Source: Octopus bimaculoides
Lineage: Eukaryota
Length of the DNA: 32,911 bases
Direction of reading: 5' to 3'
Assembly (NCBI RefSeq): GCF_001194135.2
Contig: NC_068983.1
Location: 121,394,970 to 121,427,880, forward strand
The position numbers were made by a program, and so were the translations under genes. Below are positions 23,152 through 32,911 of this stretch, in pieces; positions within the stretch are counted from its first letter, which is position 1; the number at the start of each line of letters is the position of its first letter. The notes under the pieces are model-generated. The model was not told where the DNA came from, searched no databases, and saw only the letters and a list, made by a program, of their open reading frames with translations.

Positions 23152-23287
23152 ATCTAGAACTACATTACCTAATGTCTGCTTTTTCAAGACAATAAAGTTG
23201 GATTCAAATGAAATTTGGCTGTTATTTCTAGCTAGTCATGCAATCATTTAAAATGCTCTCTCTCTCATTTGATTATAGCATCCACAT

Positions 23288-23675
23288 TGGGTAAATTATA
23301 TGGTATGATGAAGTTATAAATTTACATGTATTATATTATAAATGTGTACATTAGGACAGGATTAAAAAAAACAAAAAACATATAATATAAAAGTTAAGTT
23401 AAAAGTATACATCTACGGACCGTTTCTGAGATGTGTCTATTAATATGGTGTTGTACTCATATTAGAGATTAGACACTCCCTTCATCAGGGTGTTTGTTTT
23501 ACATATAGAGAGGAAGGAAAAAATATAGAGAACATAAAAAGTTTAGAGTGATATAATACAATATACAAGTAAAACAACTGGACACAACACCTTACATCAC
23601 GGCTCCTTTTTCCTCAAATGCGGAATTACATATATATATAAAAAAAACGACGAATATGTATTAATACCTTATTAG
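23288..23675 (-). repeat. Inverted copy of the PLE 3' region (pseudo-LTR copy A)
   Basis: Reverse complement of 25859-26302, with roughly 10 substitutions/indels counted by eye. The 84-N gap in the right copy corresponds to 20 bp here. Confidence 0.92.
23409..23493 (-). ncRNA. Hammerhead-ribozyme-like motif, antisense copy in the inverted repeat
   Basis: Reverse complement of 26091-26175; stem I here is ACACC/GATGT, one mismatch. Confidence 0.5.
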
Positions 23676-25763
23676 ATCGAACACAACCGTATGATCCCAA
23701 AACTCCACACTGCACGTTAAAGGACCATAAGGATGACTTCCTTGCCAAACCAACAATACGCCTAATCTGCCCAACTAAATCGGACTTGGGTAGGATTAGC
23801 AAATGTATTCTAGATCGGATTATACCAGTGGTAAAGAAAAAAACACAACTCCCTTTATGGGAATCAACAAATGATGTTATAGTCTGGTTCCATAAACATG
23901 AACATCATAAAACTTCATCCTTCGTACAGTTCGATATTTCAAATTATTACTCTTCGATCTCCCCAATTTTATTAAATAAGGCAATCATTTTCGCCTGCAA
24001 GTATATTGAAATTTCAAGCTTGGACATTGATATTATTCAAGCAGCTCGTATGACTCTTATTAGTTATTCAAACCAGCACTGGTCCAAAACTGATTCTTTC
24101 AACCTTTTCGATATTACCATGGGATCCTCCGATTCTGCCCAAAATAACAGACCTAGTGGGACTATTTTTGTTAGATAAAATCAAAAGACAGTTTCCCTCA
24201 CTCTTTGGAGGTATATATAGAGATGATGCGTTATACATCGTCTCTAATCACTCAAAACCTCAGATTGAGAGATTGAAGAAGGATCTGAGGGCATATTTAA
24301 AAGACTACTATAACCTAAACATTATATATGAGTGTAATCCTAGGACAACAAATTTTCTAGACGTAACATTGGACCTCAATACCAAATTGTATTACCCGTT
24401 TCGTAAGCCTAATCAAAGTTTCCAGTATATTAACGTACTATCCAATCACCCTGGATCAACAATTAATAGTATAGTAACCGCAGCCTTTATCCGTAACTCA
24501 AATCTATCGGCAAATGAAAATATATTTAATAAATATGCACCAATATATAACAATGCCTTAAAGCTAAGCGACTTTACGAAAAATATAGAGTATATACATG
24601 ATACAAAATTAAAAATAAAGCTGGCCAATATTAAGGATAGGCAAGGACTAACCTCCTTTGGCATGAACTCATCAGTCGATACACTACCCGACCATACACG
24701 AATTATAGGGACTAATGATAGAGATTATAGAATAAATTGCGATAACATAAAACAGGATAAAATAGAAAACCATAAAAGTAAGGATAATAGTAAGAATAAA
24801 AATAGAGATTATAATATGAAGTACTCTAGGTATAGAAATGATAACCGGGTGCTACGGAATGAGCCATTCTCTAAGACCAAATCCAGAATCCGTCATGTTA
24901 TCTGGTTCGCCCCTCCCTTCTCACTAAGAGCAAGAGGTCTTCCTAAATTATTTTTTAAAATATTAAAGGAAAATTTCCCTAAGCACCACAAGTACTACAC
25001 CATTTGTAATAAATCAACAATAAAATTAGCCTATTCCGCTACTCCAAATTTAGGATCTATCATCTCTAAAATGAATAGGAATAAAATTAGACACTATAAT
25101 GATCGTAGGAACATTAATGAGGATAACCATGATGGAAATAAATATGATAATTTGAGACCTAGTAACAATACTACTAATACAAATACTGAATTTAATGTAC
25201 CTTGTGTTAAAACACAAAAAAGTGATGTTAGGGATACAGTTGATGATGGGAACAATATTAATACTAATGATAATAGCAACGATAGAGAAGATAGCTGTAA
25301 TAATAAAGTTAAGAATAAAACCTATAAGCCGCAAGCCAAATGTAATTGTAGAGTTCCCTCGAAATGTCCGATTAGCGAAAATTGCTGCCCGACTAACGTA
25401 ATTTACAAATGTACCGTTCTTATGCAGAACGGAAAGAGAAAAGAGTACAAAAGTAGCTCGATCGATTTTAAACAAAGATATAGAAGCCATATGAGCTCAT
25501 TTAATAACTCAAAATATAGGGCATCTACTGCGCTGGCATCGTTTATACATGACCTAAAGGAAAGAAACACAACATTCGAACTATCATGGTCCATCTTGGC
25601 TAACACCCATCCGTTCGGAGTTCGATCTAACAGATGTGGATTATGCATTAGAGAGGCATATTTAATACTGAAAAACCATAACAATACCATGCTAAGCNNN
25701 NNNNNNNTTAGGGATGAACTTATAAATGGATTAATAAATGAAATAAGAAATAAAATTAAATAA
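23675..25763 (+). pseudogene. PLE reverse transcriptase + GIY-YIG endonuclease ORF, 5'-truncated, one frameshift at about 24141-24144
   Basis: Frame 1 is open from 23675: TLKDHKDDFLAKPTIRLICPTKSDLGRISK...FVQFDISNYYSSI...FDITMGSSDSAQ. Removing one A joins it to ITDLVGLFLL...GGIYRDDAL (catalytic DD at 24222-24227), NFLDVTLDL, PFRKPN...SNHP, IWFAPPFS, CNCRxxxxCPxxxxC, VIY...YKS...FKQRY..H and CGLCIRE. Confidence 0.9.
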
Positions 25764-25858
25764 AATTAAACATGGAAATACAAACAAAATATTATTATGA
25801 ATTAATCCGCAATAGGATATGATTAGGCTAGTGATTTAATTTAATTTATCAACCTATG

Positions 25859-26394
25859 CTAATTAGGTATTAATACATATTCTTCGTTTTTTTTATATAT
25901 ATATATATACGTAATTCCGCAATTGAGGAAAAAGGAGCCGNNNNNNNNNNNNNNNNNNNNNNNNNNNNNNNNNNNNNNNNNNNNNNNNNNNNNNNNNNNN
26001 NNNNAGTTGTTTTACTTGTATATTGTATTATATCACTCTAAACTTTTTATGTTCTCTATATTTTTTCCTTCCTCTCTATATGTAAAGCAAACATCCTGAT
26101 GAAGGGAGTGTCTAATCTCTAATATGAGTACAACACCATATTAATAGACACATCTCAGAAACGGTCCGTAGATGTATACTTTTAACTTAACTTTTATATT
26201 ATATGGTTTTTTTTGGGTTTTTTTTAATCCTGTCCTAATGTACACGTTTATAATATAATACATGTAAATTTATAACTTCATCATACCGTATATATTTACC
26301 CATTATATGTTATATCATAATGTACGTTTACATATCGCAATGTTTTAACTTTTATTGTCATATTTTTATACAACTTAGAAATCATGCATATTTA
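25859..26394 (+). repeat. PLE 3' region / pseudo-LTR (copy B)
   Basis: Lies downstream of the ORF stop, is homologous to 23288-23675 (inverted), and extends 92 bp further to the palindrome axis. Confidence 0.85.
26091..26175 (+). ncRNA. Candidate type I hammerhead ribozyme, sense to the PLE ORF
   Basis: Stem I ACATC(26091-95)/GATGT(26171-75); core CTGATGA 26096-26102; long stem II GGGA-GTGTCTA..AATATG/CATATT..TAGACAC-TCTC; GAAA 26158-61; stem III ACG-GTC-CGT; predicted GUA cleavage after 26170. The 10.1/11.1 position is A-A rather than a canonical pair. Confidence 0.65.
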
Positions 26395-26552
26395 TAAATA
26401 TGCATGATTTCTAAGTTGTATAAAAATATGACAATAAAAGTTAAAACATTGCGATATGTAAACGTACATTATGATATAACATATAATGGGTAAATATATA
26501 CGGTATGATGAAGTTATAAATTTACATGTATTATATTATAAACGTGTACATT
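26237..26552. repeat. Perfect palindrome, 2 x 158 bp, no spacer, axis 26394/26395
   Basis: Checked base by base: 26395-26552 is the exact reverse complement of 26237-26394. The right arm ends at an N gap. Confidence 0.95.
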
Positions 26553-26981
26553 NNNNNNNNNNNNNNNNNNNNNNNNNNNNNNNNNNNNNNNNNNNNNNNN
26601 NNNNNNNNNNNNNNNNNNNNNNNNNNNNNNNNNNNNNNNNNNNNNNNNNNNNNNNNNNNNNNNNNNNNNNNNNNNNNNNNNNNNNNNNNNNNNNNNNNNN
26701 NNNNNNNNNNNNNNNNNNNNNNNNNNNNNNNNNNNNNNNNNNNNNNNNNNNNNNNNNNNNNNNNNNNNNNNNNNNNNNNNNNNNNNNNNNNNNNNNNNNN
26801 NNNNNNNNNNNNNNNNNNNNNNNNNNNNNNNNNNNNNNNNNNNNNNNNNNNNNNNNNNNNNNNNNNNNNNNNNNNNNNNNNNNNNNNNNNNNNNNNNNNN
26901 NNNNNNNNNNNNNNNNNNNNNNNNNNNNNNNNNNNNNNNNNNNNNNNNNNNNNNNNNNNNNNNNNNNNNNNNNNNNNNNNN

Positions 26982-27012
<31 letters not shown>

Positions 27013-27135
27013 CAGGCTTCTTTCAGTTTCCGTCTACCAAATCCACTCACAAGGCTTTGGTCAGCCCAAGGCTATAGTAGAAGACACTTGCCCAAGGTTC
27101 CACACAGTGGGACTGAACCCGGAACCATGTGGTTC
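26982..27135 (-). mobile_element. Family B SINE, 5' part (remainder probably in the gap)
   Basis: (TA)n GACAGGCTTCTTTCAGTTTCCG...GGGACTGAACCCGGAACCATGTGGTTC. Confidence 0.85.
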
Positions 27136-27347
27136 CGTAAATTTTCTTTAATATTGCTACTAATTATTTCTTTATTGGCCACAAAGGCTCATACATACAA
27201 TACAAAACGTATAGGGATGTACACACATATACACACAGAGTGTATGTGTGTGTGCATGTGTGAATCTTATTTTGTTACTGTTCAATGTTTTATGTAATAA
27301 AAAAAACATATAAGCTGTATATGCATATAAATAATGTGTGTGTGTGC

Positions 27348-27348
<1 letters not shown>

Positions 27349-27388
<40 letters not shown>
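27349..27388. repeat. (TA)n microsatellite
   Basis: Direct reading. Confidence 0.9.
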
Positions 27389-27392
<4 letters not shown>

Positions 27393-28138
27393 CCTGGTAG
27401 GGTGTAAAGTTAGGGTGTAAAGGATATTTCTAAAGAAACACTCAACCTGAATTCTGGGCTATCAACAGTCAGTATATATATGCATACACACACATACACA
27501 TACATGAATGATAAAAGTGGGTAGGTAGCAAAAAGTAATACACATTAAACAGGTTCAAAATTTAGTACAAAAAAAAATTAGGGTAACCCACTTACAAAGG
27601 AATGAGAAACAATCACCTAGTTAGGATCAGAGCAATCTATAATTCTGAGCCCTTCCTCCAGTCTTTATTGCCTCTTCCTCACTGTAACAACATGGAGTGG
27701 AACTACTGCTCAAAGCTTCTGATGAATCCTGTGTTGGAGGAGGACATCCTCAATGCCCTAACTCATCTAACCTTATATGTCTCTAATGTAAATGGCACTG
27801 AAACTGAAACAATTCCATTTGTCTTTGCTTCTACTCAGGCTATACTTAGAGTTATAACTAGGGTTTCTGTAAAAACAAACATAACAGAAGCAGCCATGAT
27901 ATTCACCTTAGACGCCTGTTGTTTCTGTTTCTGTTTCTGCTGCTGTCTGCTGCTACCTTTTGTTAATCTTACTCCCAAACATGCAACAGGATGGGGCTTT
28001 CTGCCCTTCATCATGTCAGTTTCCTTCCTGCTCTTTCATGGGTAAATTACTTGGACAAAAAGGCACTCACTACTGTGACAAACTTCTTCTATTCAAATCC
28101 CACCAACATTGGTGGGATTGGAATAGAGAATGTAAAGA

Positions 28139-28491
28139 AGGTTCCAGTCGATCCGATCAACGGAACAGCCTGCTCGTGAAATTAACGTGCAAGTGGCTGA
28201 GCACTCCACAGACACGTGTACCCTTGACGTAGTTCTCGGGGATATTCAGTGTGACACAGTGTGACAAGGCTGGCTCTTTGAAATACAGGTACAACAGAAA
28301 CAGGAAGAAAGAGTGAGAAAAAGTTGTGGTGGAAGAGTACAGCAGGGTTCACCATGATCCCCTGCCGGAGCCTCGTAGAGCTTTAGGTGTTTTCGCTCAA
28401 TAAACACTCACAACGCCCGGTCTGGGAATCGAAACCGCAATCCCATGACCGCGAGTCCGCTGCCCTAATCACTGGGCCATTGCACCTCCAC
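28139..28491 (-). mobile_element. Family C SINE lacking its last ~30 nt, 7-bp TSD
   Basis: Intact head; GTAAAGA at 28132-28138 and 28492-28498. Confidence 0.88.
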
Positions 28492-29140
28492 GTAAAGAGT
28501 GTAATTAAATTGAATACTGCAACATATTTTGTCCAACTGTAACAATTCTAACCTCTACCAAACTAATATAACAGCAATGGTGATATGTAACATTAGTACA
28601 ACATCCCACCACTTGACAATTATTTTATCAACCCCAACAGGAATAACGATAAAGTTGAAGCTGTTTACGATAACAATGCAGAGTCAGAGTGAGTTATAGG
28701 TGTTAATATGGTTATAAGTTTCTCTATCTTCTTACAACCAAGAGAGTTCTACAATGGTTGGCTACCATGCCAGAATGATAAGTTCACAGTTTCTCTGCTT
28801 GTAGCTTTAATACATGACAAATGTAGTAGATAAATCTGAAGAGGATGGGGGAAACAATAATTGAAGCTATTTAAAAAACTAAAAATGGAATTAAATAATA
28901 TCATGCTAAGATGCTGGCAAGATAAAAAAAAAAACATTTTACATATCTAATATTCAACAAAAATTAACATAGCAAAGGTGGATAATGAAAAACAAAACAG
29001 TCATATTATTTCTGGTACTCCAGTCTTAGCTCAATAATAGTAATAATAATATTAGGGACAAAATCCAAAATTACAGGTAAAAACTCAATCAAAATCAATT
29101 TATAAAAAATTAAAATTAAATTGAGCTTTACAGATTTAAA

Positions 29141-29271
29141 ATATATATAAATATATAGTTTTAGGGAAAAGAACCAAGTTAATAATACTTTTAATTATTA
29201 ATTTTTCTATATGTGATAGTGGATGTTCATCGATGAGTTCATGAAACTTGGTTCTTTTCCCTAAAACTATA

Positions 29272-29284
<13 letters not shown>
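29141..29284. mobile_element. 144-bp element with perfect 40-bp terminal inverted repeats, embedded in TA-rich DNA
   Basis: 29141-29180 ATATATATAAATATATAGTTTTAGGGAAAAGAACCAAGTT is the exact reverse complement of 29245-29284. Confidence 0.8.
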
Positions 29285-29300
<16 letters not shown>

Positions 29301-29302
<2 letters not shown>

Positions 29303-29339
29303 GCCAGCATGGAAGGCGGACATTAAATGAGATGATGAT
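29301..29339 (+). mobile_element. Family A terminal ~39 nt (extreme 5' truncation)
   Basis: ATGCCAGCATGGAAGGCGGACATTAAATGAGATGATGAT matches the family A 3' end and tail. Confidence 0.65.
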
Positions 29340-29449
29340 ACACACATACAGGTGTAGCAGATTCAAAACTGATTCACAGGATAGCCAAGTAGATATCATA
29401 ACCAAGCCACAATCAATTCACATGACCAGCCAGTTAACAGACCAAGTTT

Positions 29450-29700
29450 CTGTGTGTGTGTGTGTGTGTGTATGTGTGTGTGTGCGTACGTGTGTACCCA
29501 CCCCACTGCTTCACAATTGCTGTTTATTTGTTTACACATCCATGACTTAGCATTACAGCAAAATAGACAGAATAGAATAAGTACCAGACTTAGAAAATAA
29601 GTACTGGAGTTGATTTGATCAACTAAAACCCTTCAAGGTGGTACCCCAGCATGACCACAGTCCAATGACTAAAACAAGTAAAAGATAAAAGATAACATAA
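29450..29700 (+). mobile_element. Family B-related SINE, 3' half (diverged)
   Basis: (GT)n...GATAGAATAAGTACCAG...CCCCAGCATGACCACAGTCCAATGACTAAAACAAGTAAAAG. Confidence 0.65.
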
Positions 29701-29951
29701 AGAAAATACTTAGAAACATGACAATTCATAGACCGGAACAGTAAAGTAAATCAACCAAATATTATTATTAACAAAGGCTATCAAGAGAAGCAATGTCTCC
29801 TAATCAACAAATCAATCAATTCCAACAGATGGTGATATATTTCTAAAAGAAATGGGGACACCATCCAAATATAAGGAATTGAAAATGGAAATATCCATGA
29901 CACACATGTTGGAAGCAAATAATTTAGATGCAAACAAAAGACATAACCAAA

Positions 29952-30170
29952 GTAGGCACAGGCATGGCTGTGTGATGAGAAGTTTGCTTCACAACCATGT
30001 GGTTTTAGGTTCAGTCCCACTGCATAGTACCTTGGGCAAATGTCTTCTATTGTAGTCCTAGGCTGAGCAAAGCCTTATGAGTAAATATGGTAGACAGAAA
30101 CTGAAAGAAGCCCATCATGTGTGTGTGTGTGTGTGTGTGAGTGAGTGTTTATGTGAGTCTGTGTGTGTTA
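29952..30170 (+). mobile_element. Family B SINE, 5' half (diverged)
   Basis: TAGGCACAGGCATGGCTGTGTG...GGTTCAGTCCCACTGC...AAACTGAAAGAAGCCC followed by (GT)n. Confidence 0.75.
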
Positions 30171-31550
30171 CTGTCTCCTTGCTATGACATCATGTGACAG
30201 TTGTAAGCAAGTGTCACCATCATGCAAGTGGTGTCCATTTCCAGTCTTCTGAGACATGTCTAGTCATAAAAAAAATATTACTTTACTTGGAAAGAGGTGA
30301 AGATTAGTGAGAAGATGGGCATCTGGTTGTAGAAAATGCACTATGACAAATTCTGCTTGACTCATGTATGCAAGGAAAAGCGGATGTTATGAAGACAAAA
30401 AACTGCAAGGACTTACAGATACTATGTCATATTTCCTGTACAAATATTCAAGAAATGTGACATACAAGATACTGCCTATATATTATGAAGAGTATTTTTA
30501 ATGTAACAGGGAATTCACAAAAGTATTGTATATATCCAGAGCACAAAGAATTGTGCTCAAGATGTGCTGTGAAAAGATACAATAAAAATTAAACAGCTGA
30601 AATAGCAATAAAAAAACTTTGTTGCAAAAAGTAAAATGTTTTTAATTGAAGAACTCAGCTATTTGAAGTCAGAATGGTAAGATGTGATTTATCTAAAAGA
30701 GTGGATGGTGGAGATAAATTCTGTCAGAGTCAAGAAATCAAAATGCAGACATCAGAAAAAAGGAAACAGAATTGTAAGAAGGGTAAGGAGAGGGGGCAGA
30801 TAAGATAGACATTTTGGAGAACTGACGTCATTAAGAGAAATGATGATAAAGCGATAGAAAAACCACAGTACTATAAATAAATAAATAAATAAATACAGAC
30901 ATACACAAAACATAGCTTTATACGTGATTGTAAGAACTTACTTATAAGTCAGATCAAAACATGCAATGCTAAATAGCGTTTCAAAATGTTCTGATAATGG
31001 TTATGTAAGCAATGTATGAGGGACAACAATCATGGACATATAAAAGTACTGAACTGTTAATGTGGATTAGCTTAAGACGGTCTCAGGATTTTGTTGCTTT
31101 TTTTTTTTCTTTTTTCTTGTTATTATTTTCGTTTGCATTCATTTTCCCATTTTTTTTTATAGGTAGAATGGTTCACTGATCATAGTTGTTACCTTAGCTA
31201 ATGTCTTTCTTACCACAAACTACTCAACTGTGAAGTAGAGAATGAAACCTGTTTTATTGTTCAGTCAAGAAAACTGGAACAAACAGTTTTATGTTTAGGT
31301 ATCTCGTTCAGAGACAAAACACAATGACTGAGTAGTTCAGATCTGTGACCTTACAGCAACTGCAAAACAAACTAAATGAAAACATACACAGAAGAAAGGC
31401 AGACTTAATCCTTCAACTTCTGATCACCCAACTCTAAAACAGAAAAAAAAAAAAGGGGAAAAATTGTAATGTACGAAATTCCCTTACACCTAAAAATCTT
31501 CTACTAAAACACATACCATGCACCTTTCACATAGCAATCATCTCTTTTGT

Positions 31551-31933
31551 GTGGAGGCGCAATGGCCCAGTGGTTAAGGCAGCAGACTTGCGGTCATAGG
31601 ATCGCAGCTTCGATTCCTAGACTGGGCATTGTGAGTGTTAATTGAGCGAAAACACCTAAAGCTCCACGAGGCTCCGGTAGGGGATGGTGGCGAACCCTGC
31701 TGTACTCTTTCACCACGACTTTCTCTCACTCTTACTTCCTGTTTCTGTTGTGCCTGTAATTCAAAGGGTCAGCTTTGTCACACTGTGTCACGCTGAATAT
31801 CCCTGAGAACTACGTTAAGGGTACACGTGTCTGTGGAGTGCTCAGCCACTTTCATGTTAATTTCACGAGCAGGCTGTTCCGTTGATCGGGTCAACTGGAA
31901 ACCTCGACGTCGTAAGCGACAGAGTGCCAACAA
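31551..31933 (+). mobile_element. Family C tRNA-derived SINE, full length, 12-bp TSD
   Basis: A box TGGCCCAGTGG 31563-31573, B box GCTTCGATTCC 31607-31617, CAACAA tail; TSD CATCTCTTTTGT at 31539-31550 and 31934-31945. Confidence 0.93.
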
Positions 31934-32501
31934 CATCTCTTTTGTTGTTACCAACCAACACCTGCCTATATGAATACTTCTGTTGAATATCTGTGATAAA
32001 CCATTAATCTACACACTGTTATATATTTAGCTTGTATATGCAGACTGAGCTTTATTCTGAGATCAAATCACAAGAAACTGCAATATCTTAAATAAGCTCA
32101 TTCATATCACCACATATATAGTCTTCCCCTATTTCTCTCTCTCTCACTCTCTCTCTCTCACTCTCTCTCTCTCACTCTCTCTCTCTCACACACACACAAC
32201 GAAATATATCAATCTCAGTGGGAATTTCCAAGTACATATTTCCAGTTATTTGTTCAACTGAACTGCTTCCTGATTGTATTAGCATGCAAGCAGAGTGGCT
32301 GTGTATTTCACAGATATAAGTGCTCTTAAAAATAATTCTCAGGTAGAATCAGCATGACATGGTCTGACAAGCCTAAGCCTTTGAATTACAAGTACAATCC
32401 ATACAATGGACAGCCATACAAAGGATGCCATGTTGTAGGATCAAACTGGGAACCTCATGACTCTGTAGCAAACTTCTTAAACATTTGGCCATACAAATAG
32501 A

Positions 32502-32603
32502 AATGTTATGTAATGCTATGTTATGCTTTGTATTAAAAAATAATTAGCCAATATTGGTCAATTTGCTTGTTTGTTGATCAAAAGTTTCCTCCATTTTCTG
32601 CTT
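32502..32603. mobile_element. Right arm of the foldback element seen at 48-269
   Basis: ATGCTATGTTATGCTTTGTATTAAAAAATAATTAGCCAATATTGGTCAATTTG...CTCCATTTTCTGCTT matches 166-260 and is followed by (TA)n. Confidence 0.8.
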
Positions 32604-32614
32604 TTATATATATA

Positions 32615-32911
32615 TATAGGAGTGGTTGTGTGGTAAGTAGCTTGCTTACCAACCACATGGTTCCGGGTTCAGTCCCACTGCGTGGCACCTTGGGCAAGTG
32701 TCTTCTATTATAGCCTCAGGCCTACCAAAGCCTTGTGAGTGGATTTGGTAGACGGAAACTGAAAGAAGCCTGTCGTATATATGTATATATATGTGTGTGT
32801 GTGTGCATATGTTTGTGTGTCTGTGCTTGTCCCTCCCAACATCGCTTGACAACCGATGCTGGTGTGTTTAGGTCCCCGTAACTTAGCGGTTCGGCAAAAG
32901 AGACCGATAGA
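32615..32911 (+). mobile_element. Family B SINE, runs off the window end
   Basis: ATAGGAGTGGTTGTGTGGTAAGTAGC...GGTTCAGTCCC...CGGCAAAAGAGACCGATAGA. Confidence 0.9.

Larger units (their letters stand above)
23288..26552 (+). mobile_element. Penelope-like retroelement (EN+, C-terminal GIY-YIG) with inverted pseudo-LTR arrangement and terminal palindrome
   Basis: The RT-EN reading frame 23675-25763 is flanked by inverted repeats 23288-23675 and 25859-26302, followed by a perfect palindrome 26237-26552 that runs into a gap. Confidence 0.88.

Noticed and set aside
24446-25690. Antisense ORFs (72, 146, 61, 95 aa) within the PLE
   Set aside because: They are shadow frames of the real plus-strand ORF with no motifs.
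25708-25716. TTAGGG next to a gap (also at 27409-27415 and 27578-27584) as a telomeric signal
   Set aside because: These are single hexamers with no tandem array.
22871-27135. Idea that the PLE split one family B SINE into the 22871 and 26982 pieces with a long target duplication
   Set aside because: About 135 bp of family F sequence separates the left piece from the PLE, the left piece is explained by ordinary 5' truncation, and the right piece's remainder is probably in the gap.
27602-28045. 147-aa plus-strand ORF in non-repeat DNA
   Set aside because: No recognisable domain or convincing splice signals, and it includes a simple-repeat CFCFC tract; cannot be supported without a database search.
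31551-31625. tRNA-like sequences at the heads of families B, C and D
   Set aside because: They continue into SINE bodies with TSDs, vary between copies and lack a proper acceptor stem, so they are not tRNA genes.

Overview
Eukaryotic, AT-rich, repeat-dense scaffold segment with six N-gaps (9767-10093, 19494-19581, 25698-25707, 25941-26024, 26553-26981 plus short-read-style microsatellite breaks). The tRNA-derived SINE families and microsatellite load resemble an octopus genome, but that is recalled resemblance and was not verified. No host protein-coding gene can be supported, and almost all ORFs in the track are artefacts of microsatellites, SINEs or N-runs. The one substantial coding feature is a 5'-truncated Penelope-like retroelement (PLE) at about 23.3-26.55 kb. 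It encodes RT plus a C-terminal GIY-YIG endonuclease and carries one frameshift. It is framed by a ~390-bp inverted copy of its 3' region, has a type-I hammerhead-ribozyme-like fold with an unusually long stem II in both repeat copies, and ends in a perfect, spacer-less palindrome of at least 316 bp. The rest is a mosaic of at least four SINE families (labelled B, C, D, E here), RTE-clade LINE 3' ends (family A, plus an older RTE remnant), a hAT-type MITE with an 8-bp TSD, two small foldback elements and many microsatellites. Family letters are my own working labels.
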